From IMG/VR virus record IMGVR_UViG_3300032038_000019: 64,000 nucleotides of DNA; one strand, 5' to 3'. The notes beneath the pieces were generated by a model that made no database searches, was not told where the DNA came from, and saw only the letters and a list, made by a program, of their open reading frames with translations. Source of the DNA: an uncultured virus (IMG/VR IMGVR_UViG_3300032038_000019) (lineage: Duplodnaviria; Heunggongvirae; Uroviricota; Caudoviricetes). This document shows, in pieces, positions 56,310 through 64,000 of the stretch (its first letter is position 1; every line of letters begins with the position of its first letter). A program made the position numbers and the translations under genes.

Positions 56310-56318
56310 GCAAGGTTT
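56290..56318. terminator. Bidirectional terminator
   Basis: AAACCTTGCTTAAT/ATTAAGCAAGGTTT. Confidence 0.75.
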
Positions 56319-56324
56319 TTATGA

Positions 56325-57221
56325 TTAACATAAGTTTGTAGTCTTTTGATTTTCGTCAATCAAATTATTAGCTTCTTCTGGATTATCAACTGATGTTGAT
56401 ACTACACTCAAGAAAATATGTGATTTATCTGTTATACCGTTGCATTGCATAGCAACATTAAACACTTTATCATCATCATATGAAGCATATATATCAATAG
56501 ATATATTAGTGCATGCATTTGACAGTTTAAGTGTGAATTTATCAATACCGTCAAACTCGCATAATAAACTATTACCCGTTAATTTTGTTATTTTGACACC
56601 TTTAACTTCTTCCCATTTAAAATTTGCATATTTAGAGCCAATAAGTGATGTGACCTTAACATTTGCTGAATGTTCGGTTATATTAGTATAACTTGCTTTA
56701 AGTATACAATTATCATCTATGTTTTCATCAATGCATTGGTATAAGTCAATGAATATCAAATTATTATTTGCGTCTTTTAATTTAAGCACCTCATTATCAT
56801 CACAGCCAAAGTTTTCACTTGTGTTAGATACCACCATTATTTTACTATTATCATATTTTATAGCAGTGAATTTTTCTGTCGATGGATTTAATATTTCATA
56901 ATCATCATTTGCGTAAATTGTTGAATATGCTACTGAATTTTCACCATTGAAGCATAAATAATTAGGAACTGCTTTAAAATATGATTTATTGAAAAGACTT
57001 ATGTATAATTTATTGTAATTGCTGCAAAACAAATCACCATATGTAAAAAATAATTCACCATATCCATATTTCATGTCTGGTGATGGAAAAACTTTTAATT
57101 CTCCATCACCAACACCGCTATATGAAGATAGCATTATATTACCTTTAACCTTGACACTCCAATTAGTGTTTGATTTAATGTATATAATGCCTTCGTTGTA
57201 AAATGCTTCAAATTTATCCAT
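56325..57221 (-). CDS. BACON-like structural protein
   Basis: IKSNTNWSV...SYSGVGDG BACON-like start. Confidence 0.55.
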   Translation of the reverse strand: MDKFEAFYNEGIIYIKSNTNWSVKVKGNIMLSSYSGVGDGELKVFPSPDMKYGYGELFFTYGDLFCSNYNKLYISLFNKSYFKAVPNYLCFNGENSVAYSTIYANDDYEILNPSTEKFTAIKYDNSKIMVVSNTSENFGCDDNEVLKLKDANNNLIFIDLYQCIDENIDDNCILKASYTNITEHSANVKVTSLIGSKYANFKWEEVKGVKITKLTGNSLLCEFDGIDKFTLKLSNACTNISIDIYASYDDDKVFNVAMQCNGITDKSHIFLSVVSTSVDNPEEANNLIDENQKTTNLC

Positions 57222-57223
57222 AA

Positions 57224-60200
57224 TTACATCTTTTGACCATTATATATGTAACAAGTTTCTAAAATTGCACCACTTGGAATTACCTGATTCATATAAGGTA
57301 CTACTATAGATTGTAAGTATTTCATTTCCTCCAATGCTGATTTACTATAGAAACTATCATTTCTTAAATAGAAAATAATTTTAACTATTTTATTATTAAC
57401 TATTTGGTTAGTACACCCATCTATTAATTTCGCTTCTTCTTTTTTAATTTTACCGTAAGAAAAATTAGGGTTATTCCTACAAGTCATTTCTTTAGGACTA
57501 ATATCTGAAACGTTATAAGGTATTTCATTATTTTTAGTAATAATATCATTATTAAAATAATAATAATTTACCGTGTCAAAGAAATTACGCTTAATAGTTC
57601 CATTATCATCTACAGTAGTAATGGTTGCTCTTGATTCAAACCAATCTCCAAAATAATGTATTTTACTATCTTCAATTAAAAAATCATCATAAGATAGGTC
57701 ACATTCATCATCTTTAATTAATCCACTAAACCCAAAGTTATCAATATCGTTGTGAAGTGATATATTTGCATAGTTTGGGTAATCAATAAGAATTGATTCG
57801 TCTATTAATGAATTATTAGATGAGTATTTAAATAAGTTACTAAAGTATGTAAAATATTCATGACCATTATCATAATGCAAATGCCCTGTATGTGGGTTAT
57901 TACCTTTGAAATAATCTTCATCTGAATTTATACGATAAAAATCATAATCAGTATTTTTAAGCTGTTCCCACCCTAAAGGGCTTAATTCACCTACTGAATA
58001 AACATCGTTTATCCTAAAATAATGAGTAAAATTATCGCCTTCCATGTATTTACCATTTTCAAAAACAGTAAATGTTGATACTGAATCTTGGTCTGAATAC
58101 AAATATATTGTTTCATTACCATCAGGTTTAATTAAATATACTTTTATATTTTGACCATTAATATCATCATCAGTTAAATCATACCTTCTCTTATTATTTG
58201 GTTCAAATGGGTTACTTACAATCACATAGTCATTAAAATAAGCTTCACCTACTACAATTGAATTATTAACTATTTGCACTTCAAAATATCTATAATCGGT
58301 AACACCATCACTTTCAGTTATTATATCATATACAACGCCATCCACAACTGCATAAGAACCTGATAAGTTTGTTACATAGTAAATTTCGCCATTTGTTAAA
58401 CTTTGCACTGGTAAATCAAAAAGGTCTTGAAGCTTATCAACATTTTTAATATTTCTAAGCGTTTCCTGATAGATTTTACTGTCGTTTGGCTTAGTCACAA
58501 TGTTATTATCTTTATCAAACATATAAGGGTATGTTGATGCCCATCCACCATTCATTTGATAATAAGGATTCCCATCATAAACTTTGTTTTTATCAAAATT
58601 TGGGTAAAGATAACGTTTGCCATCAATATCACGATACATTACAGGTAGACCTTGGTAATCTTCATAATCATCATTACCATATACTGAATAAGAAATATTC
58701 TTAGCTTTATTAATCCAATTATATTTATAATCTAAAATGCCGTTAACATAAGGGTCTTCTATTCTTGTTGTAAAAGATGTATATTCTTTTATTTCAAAAT
58801 CATATCTATTATAATTCCCAACTCCACCATTACTACTAATGTAGCTTTCTTTTTCATATAAAGGTAAAGCATCATACCATCTTTTACTTCTCATTCCGAA
58901 CATACCAAGAATCATTTCTACGCTATCTTGTGTTCCTTTATGCTTCCATATTTCTTTGGAGTTAAGAATTAAACGTTTTTCAAATTCAACATTTACTTCT
59001 GGTATTGACCATTCTTTCTCTGAAGAATAGTTTTTAATTCGTTCTAAGATGTTATTATTGCAAGGACTTATAAATGTGTCGCCAGTTATATTTTCTCCAC
59101 CATACGAAGTTATTTCATTTTTTGGATAATCTATTGTACTTCCACTATCAAGTTCTGACGATTCAGTAGATGCTGAAAATACAGTTCCACCAGTATTAGT
59201 AAACTTACCATAACCACACGTTTCTCTTCCATTTTCAAATTCTCTACTGTACGATTCAACAGGTATATCAGTTTCTTGCTCTTCGTAATTAAATACGATA
59301 GTTTGTGCAGACTCACAAGATTGATTATTTACATCTAAAGTAAATTGTTCGGATGCTTCTTGATGATTTGGTGTGCACCCAAAAAAGTAGCCATCAGGAT
59401 AAATGTCAAGTTTTTTATCATATGGTTTTACTAAAAAACTTGTATCTTGTGTAAATAGCCTTTTTAAAACATTTCCATTATATGTGTTACTTTTTTCATC
59501 ATCTTCTGTTGTTTTATCTGAAATGTCAGTTTTAGATGTGCCAGTATATTCTACTAATGTATAAGGTGTTATTTGCTTAAAATCCCATCCATTATTTTCC
59601 AATGCATCAGTGAAAAAATAATCAGGCAAATTGTTTATATCATCATATGTTATAGTTCTATAACTAGCTATAGCATTAATGTATGATAAAATTTCATCAA
59701 ATTCTCTTCCAAAAAGCCTAATTATTTTTGATATTTTATCCCCTGCACTAATAATATCTTCAGATTCTTCTTGCGTCTTTAGTTTTCTATATGTCCAGTC
59801 AAAGTTTTTAATAGATTCATGTGTCATTGACCTATACATATTATCGCAAAATCTTTCATCGTAGAAATTAGCAATATCAACTAAATTATGTATGTAAGCG
59901 TCAAATGAAACACCATCAGCACCAATATTATAACTGCCGTATGTAGTTGGGAATGTAAATGATTCTATATTACTATAGTACCCATATTCATTTTCTCTTA
60001 AAATATTAAAATAAGCAGTATATTTAGGTGAAGAATCTTTATTCATTAATATTCTTTCAAACATATCAAGATTTTTGAAAAACTCGTCCAAGAATTGCAC
60101 TTTAGGTCTTATGCTATATTTGAAAGCACCGTTTTCTATTAGATTATCATATTTTGATAGGTCAATTAAATATTTTATTTCTTTATTATTGCTTACCCAA

Positions 60201-61156
60201 GCTTCTATAACGAAGGTTTCATTGCTATCTACACACGTTATTTCAACGTCACAAATTTTTTCACCAACACAAAGTTTGTCTAAATGGTTTTTAACTACCC
60301 AATTAAATTTATGGGCTTCGCCATTATTGCCTATTAATTCATAATTTTTATACCCTTCATTGGCAAAAAATTTAAGAAAATTATCATCAGTTATTTCACT
60401 ACTTTTCTTAAATGCCGTGTGAATATTAACATTAAACGGATTGTCAACCAAGAAATAATTATCTCCACCAAGTCTTTTAATCTTTGTTTTAGAATTTCCG
60501 TTGCCATCATCGTTTAATGCACCATTAGTGCCACTATTAAATTCTGAATTATCAGTGTAAAACACAGGAATGCCACCTACTACAGTTGTAGCAGTCACTG
60601 AGCCATTTCTGCTTATTATTTCTTCAGTATCAGTTGTCTCACCGCTTAATGTTTTAGAGGTTGAAAATGGGTTTCCATTTTTATCCAAGTCCCATACATC
60701 TTCAACATATGTATATGATGATACAGTTGTGTTGTCAAATGGTATAAACAATTCACCAGGGAATTTATTAATAATATCATTTATTGAAGCTCTTATTAAT
60801 TCTGAACAAGAGCCGAAATATGCAAAATCCCTTAAATTGTAATAATCCCTTTTAATTACGATTGATTCATCTTCAGATGATGTTTCATCTTTAATATAAT
60901 CTTGTAACGTGCTTAATGTCCAAACATCACCACTAAAATGCTCTTCCCAATTAACACTATGTGAATCTTTTTTAACATTATCATCATTATTCACTGTAAT
61001 TATAAAATTACCTGTTTGGTAAATTGGGGTTTGGTTACTTGCGAAGCTATTTTTACCACCAATAGTGGTAATATCCCTTTCGTAGATAGTACCACTATTA
61101 GTAAGTTTGTGCTTTTTTTTAAGCACATAATTAGAATGTGATTTTATATATGGCAT
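57224..61156 (-). CDS. Large baseplate wedge-like structural protein
   Basis: 1310 aa; AYFGS, G..FDEI..YI, WKHKGT..S.E..L..FG, C-terminal Q.IPS..I. Confidence 0.65.
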   Translation of the reverse strand: MPYIKSHSNYVLKKKHKLTNSGTIYERDITTIGGKNSFASNQTPIYQTGNFIITVNNDDNVKKDSHSVNWEEHFSGDVWTLSTLQDYIKDETSSEDESIVIKRDYYNLRDFAYFGSCSELIRASINDIINKFPGELFIPFDNTTVSSYTYVEDVWDLDKNGNPFSTSKTLSGETTDTEEIISRNGSVTATTVVGGIPVFYTDNSEFNSGTNGALNDDGNGNSKTKIKRLGGDNYFLVDNPFNVNIHTAFKKSSEITDDNFLKFFANEGYKNYELIGNNGEAHKFNWVVKNHLDKLCVGEKICDVEITCVDSNETFVIEAWVSNNKEIKYLIDLSKYDNLIENGAFKYSIRPKVQFLDEFFKNLDMFERILMNKDSSPKYTAYFNILRENEYGYYSNIESFTFPTTYGSYNIGADGVSFDAYIHNLVDIANFYDERFCDNMYRSMTHESIKNFDWTYRKLKTQEESEDIISAGDKISKIIRLFGREFDEILSYINAIASYRTITYDDINNLPDYFFTDALENNGWDFKQITPYTLVEYTGTSKTDISDKTTEDDEKSNTYNGNVLKRLFTQDTSFLVKPYDKKLDIYPDGYFFGCTPNHQEASEQFTLDVNNQSCESAQTIVFNYEEQETDIPVESYSREFENGRETCGYGKFTNTGGTVFSASTESSELDSGSTIDYPKNEITSYGGENITGDTFISPCNNNILERIKNYSSEKEWSIPEVNVEFEKRLILNSKEIWKHKGTQDSVEMILGMFGMRSKRWYDALPLYEKESYISSNGGVGNYNRYDFEIKEYTSFTTRIEDPYVNGILDYKYNWINKAKNISYSVYGNDDYEDYQGLPVMYRDIDGKRYLYPNFDKNKVYDGNPYYQMNGGWASTYPYMFDKDNNIVTKPNDSKIYQETLRNIKNVDKLQDLFDLPVQSLTNGEIYYVTNLSGSYAVVDGVVYDIITESDGVTDYRYFEVQIVNNSIVVGEAYFNDYVIVSNPFEPNNKRRYDLTDDDINGQNIKVYLIKPDGNETIYLYSDQDSVSTFTVFENGKYMEGDNFTHYFRINDVYSVGELSPLGWEQLKNTDYDFYRINSDEDYFKGNNPHTGHLHYDNGHEYFTYFSNLFKYSSNNSLIDESILIDYPNYANISLHNDIDNFGFSGLIKDDECDLSYDDFLIEDSKIHYFGDWFESRATITTVDDNGTIKRNFFDTVNYYYFNNDIITKNNEIPYNVSDISPKEMTCRNNPNFSYGKIKKEEAKLIDGCTNQIVNNKIVKIIFYLRNDSFYSKSALEEMKYLQSIVVPYMNQVIPSGAILETCYIYNGQKM

Positions 61157-61170
61157 ACCCTTAAATTAAC

Positions 61171-62073
61171 TTAAATTTTATCATCTAATGTTTGAGAATA
61201 GTCAACATTATTTGTTCTATTTTGTTTTACTTCATAAATAGGCTGTCCTGTTTCACTATCTTTAAGCGTGAAGTTTTCAGACTGATTATAAATTTCGTTA
61301 TCACTATTAAATGTAGTGATTAATCCATTATCAAGACTTCTAAGTTGTGAACCTTCAAGCATTGTTGAAATAGTGTCAGCATCATGCTCTACTAATTCTA
61401 AATCTATCATAACAGGTTCAAACATCGTATTAACGAGCAGAATACGCTGTGTAGGTTTTCCAATATAAGGTGCAGCATTAGCTTTAAAACTTGGCGCTGA
61501 AGACGGTGTTACGGTTAAAAATGATAAAGTAGAATTTTCATTGTACCTGTATGCGTATGATTTATCACTTGAACTATTAGAAGCCATTACTATAGGTTCA
61601 CATTTGTTATTACTAGTTATTAACCTATAATAGTCTTGCCTATCACCATTATCGTCAATATAAATTATCCTCCACCCAACTAATGAGTTATTTGTCAAAA
61701 CTTTTGTCCTTATTAAAGAATCTTCAATACTTGATGAATCTAATACTATACCATTTATATTAGAATGTGCAGCTAGTGTGCTAATATCAGCAATCACTGC
61801 TGGTATTTCTTTTGGCTTTATGTAAATTGTATAGAACCCTTTTTGATTGAAATATTCCAAAGGCAATTTAAGATTATACATACCTTCAAGAACATTATCA
61901 GTTGAATCACCACCATCATATAGTGCATTTGCCAAAATACTTGATGGTAATTTTGTAAATACTGCATTTCGTGAATTATCACTATTTCTGGTTTTATGAT
62001 ATGCATAATAAATATCCACCAATGAAGAATCTATGTTTGCTGGCACTGAAATGCCATATACTCCTGCTGACAT
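61171..62073 (-). CDS. Structural protein (baseplate region)
   Basis: 300 aa; G.YG..PA, GMYNLKLP...F...G.YTIYI.P; in the structural operon. Confidence 0.6.
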   Translation of the reverse strand: MSAGVYGISVPANIDSSLVDIYYAYHKTRNSDNSRNAVFTKLPSSILANALYDGGDSTDNVLEGMYNLKLPLEYFNQKGFYTIYIKPKEIPAVIADISTLAAHSNINGIVLDSSSIEDSLIRTKVLTNNSLVGWRIIYIDDNGDRQDYYRLITSNNKCEPIVMASNSSSDKSYAYRYNENSTLSFLTVTPSSAPSFKANAAPYIGKPTQRILLVNTMFEPVMIDLELVEHDADTISTMLEGSQLRSLDNGLITTFNSDNEIYNQSENFTLKDSETGQPIYEVKQNRTNNVDYSQTLDDKI

Positions 62074-62083
62074 TATATTACTT

Positions 62084-64000
62084 TTAATTTTCTATTATAT
62101 TAAAAACTGAACCATTACCATATTGTAGTAAAGAGTTCATATCACTTATCTCTTGAAGCCTTAAATGCTTGTCTAAGGCTTTGTTTATACCTCTGTCTAT
62201 ATAAATATCAGATTTGATATTTTGAGGTAATGCTACGCCAAAATCATATTCTTTTCTGAAAACAGGTGCAGCTATTGTGTTGTTTAATTGGTCAAAACCA
62301 TTTTCATGTGTGAATTCTTCTTTAGTGACAACTACATCACCATTATTATCTAAACCTAATAATTTTATATTACTATAAAATATAGCGTCATTCACATCCT
62401 TTAGTTGATTATTATAATCATTAAGTGTGATTCTTCTTGTGTTTTGAATAATATTATAATATCTTAGAGTAAAAGAAGAGCCATCCAATAAATTATATAA
62501 ACAATTTTCCAATTTTAATACATCGTCTTCTACATACTTAACCCCATGATTTTTACCAGCTGCAAGTTCATACCCACTATATTCATTACATTCTTTTAGT
62601 GTAATACGTTCTCTTAGAATAGCTCCTATATAATAGGTAAAAACGCAGTGTGTTTCAATAACAGCTTCATTTAAATTGGAAATGTCATCTATGTATTTTT
62701 CAAGTTCTTTTTCATTACCACTATTGAGAAAAGTATTCACTATATCCATTGACAATTCTATTGTAGTTAAAACATTCTTTTTGTCATAATCGTTCATGGA
62801 ATTATTTAATATTATAGAACTTTTTTCTAATTTCTTACCATTTATTGTGTGGTATATTTCCATTGATTCCATAATATTGCCATTGAAAAATTGTTTTTCT
62901 GAATCACCATCTATGGTTAAATTACTATTTTTAGACAATTGTGAAACATTGCCAACCTTATAATATAAATCAAGTAAACAATCATTATATGGTTGAGTAT
63001 ATTTTGTTTTTGTCCTTTCATCATATGAAGGTTCATAGTACCCAGGCATTTCATTACCTAAATCATCATGCAAGACGTTAGTTTGTCTAAATAAGTCCAA
63101 TTTAGAATTTGTGTGACCACTTATTTCATCACATTTATATATGGTATAAGGATGGACAATTTTTAATTTGCCATCTTTTACATCATATTTTTTCCAATCT
63201 ACTTTACTTAATTCAGATTCTATTTCAAAAATTTTATTATCTTTAATGTAGAATCTTCCTTCTTTAGTGTCAACATACCCATCTATTTTAGTAAAAGTGG
63301 TATCAGTACCATTTATATCAATCGTTAAAACATTTTTATCTGCTACATATAAAGTATTAGCGAATTTTATGCAACCTATTTTATCATCCTTTTCAGGTAA
63401 TACTTCACAATCATAATCAGATGTATCAATGCATGCTTTATAAGTTTTAAAATTAAAATAATAATTGTTACCTTTTTTTATTGCGTAAAATATCCTATTA
63501 TTTATTTTAGTGTAATATTGGCCATCAGCAGTTTCATCTACTGAAAGCATAAGTCCGTTGGCCAATGAATTTTTGAAACCTTTATAATAAACATATTTTT
63601 TAAGTTCTACAGGATAAATTTTATCATTTATTAGGAAAAACCCATTATCATAATAGTTTATATCATAGTCAATAGACATATTTTCATCTGAAGGGTTATA
63701 TACTATTTTGCCATTGTCATTATAAGCGAATTCTAAAATGTCAGTTACAAATTCATTTTTATATTTGTTAACATAATAACCAGTATAATCAATCCAATCT
63801 TCTTTGTTGAACACATTTTCTTTATAATCATTTTGGATATATCCAACTGATTCATTTTTAATCATATAAACATTATTATCAACAAAAATGTCACCTGTTT
63901 CATTATTAGTTATTATAGGTCTATTAACAACAGTGCCACCGTTTTCGTCAGTGCTAATTGTAGGTTTATAATTTGTTTTTTCTTTGTATTCATTAGAAAA
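62084..64000 (-). CDS. Large structural protein, 5' partial
   Basis: The frame stays open upstream of the ATG at 63865 to the window end; C-terminal IYIDRG...H.RL.EI...L..YGNG. Confidence 0.7.
   Translation of the reverse strand, partial: FSNEYKEKTNYKPTISTDENGGTVVNRPIITNNETGDIFVDNNVYMIKNESVGYIQNDYKENVFNKEDWIDYTGYYVNKYKNEFVTDILEFAYNDNGKIVYNPSDENMSIDYDINYYDNGFFLINDKIYPVELKKYVYYKGFKNSLANGLMLSVDETADGQYYTKINNRIFYAIKKGNNYYFNFKTYKACIDTSDYDCEVLPEKDDKIGCIKFANTLYVADKNVLTIDINGTDTTFTKIDGYVDTKEGRFYIKDNKIFEIESELSKVDWKKYDVKDGKLKIVHPYTIYKCDEISGHTNSKLDLFRQTNVLHDDLGNEMPGYYEPSYDERTKTKYTQPYNDCLLDLYYKVGNVSQLSKNSNLTIDGDSEKQFFNGNIMESMEIYHTINGKKLEKSSIILNNSMNDYDKKNVLTTIELSMDIVNTFLNSGNEKELEKYIDDISNLNEAVIETHCVFTYYIGAILRERITLKECNEYSGYELAAGKNHGVKYVEDDVLKLENCLYNLLDGSSFTLRYYNIIQNTRRITLNDYNNQLKDVNDAIFYSNIKLLGLDNNGDVVVTKEEFTHENGFDQLNNTIAAPVFRKEYDFGVALPQNIKSDIYIDRGINKALDKHLRLQEISDMNSLLQYGNGSVFNIIEN

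Noticed and set aside
1..64000. Stop-codon recoding (TAG=Gln as in Lak phages)
   Set aside because: Long structural genes are uninterrupted in code 11, TAG ends genes with tight spacing to the next start (e.g. 38833), TGA is also used as a stop, and no CTA/TCA-anticodon tRNA was seen in this window

Overview
This is a 64 kb, very AT-rich segment of a jumbo/megaphage genome, coded almost entirely on the minus strand. The host is inferred to be Bacteroidota (Prevotella/Bacteroides-like), from repeated TATATTTGC -7 promoter boxes and a Bacteroidales-type OmpA. The gene content resembles Lak-type phages, but the window reads in standard code 11. It holds two tRNA/ncRNA regions (0.2-8.7 kb and 32-34 kb) and host-like takeover genes (TyrRS, IF3, DnaK, DnaJ, ClpP, two sigma70 factors, NadE, PncC, TelA, OmpA). 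It also holds replication/recombination genes (SSB, primase, RuvC-like, SbcC, SbcD), two DNA methyltransferases, lysis genes, probable internal head proteins and large tail/baseplate proteins. The main unexpected signal is a dispersed family of small RNAs closed by a conserved CAAGGAA(A/T)C-NN-ACAGCAA...G(T/A)TTCCTAA stem. Two members enclose circularly permuted tRNA bodies (YrlA-like topology), and the window also encodes a DUF2828/vWA (Ro60/TROVE-related) protein, so this is a candidate phage-encoded non-canonical Ro60/Y-RNA-like system. Other oddities: anticodon-truncated and chimeric tRNAs, a tRNA shell with a ~170 nt insert, a U1:A72 tRNA-Tyr alongside a TyrRS with an altered HIGH motif, a leader-peptide attenuator, a sigma54 promoter on phage dnaK and a fixed-spacing upstream promoter box. 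All calls come from reading the sequence by eye; no searches were run.
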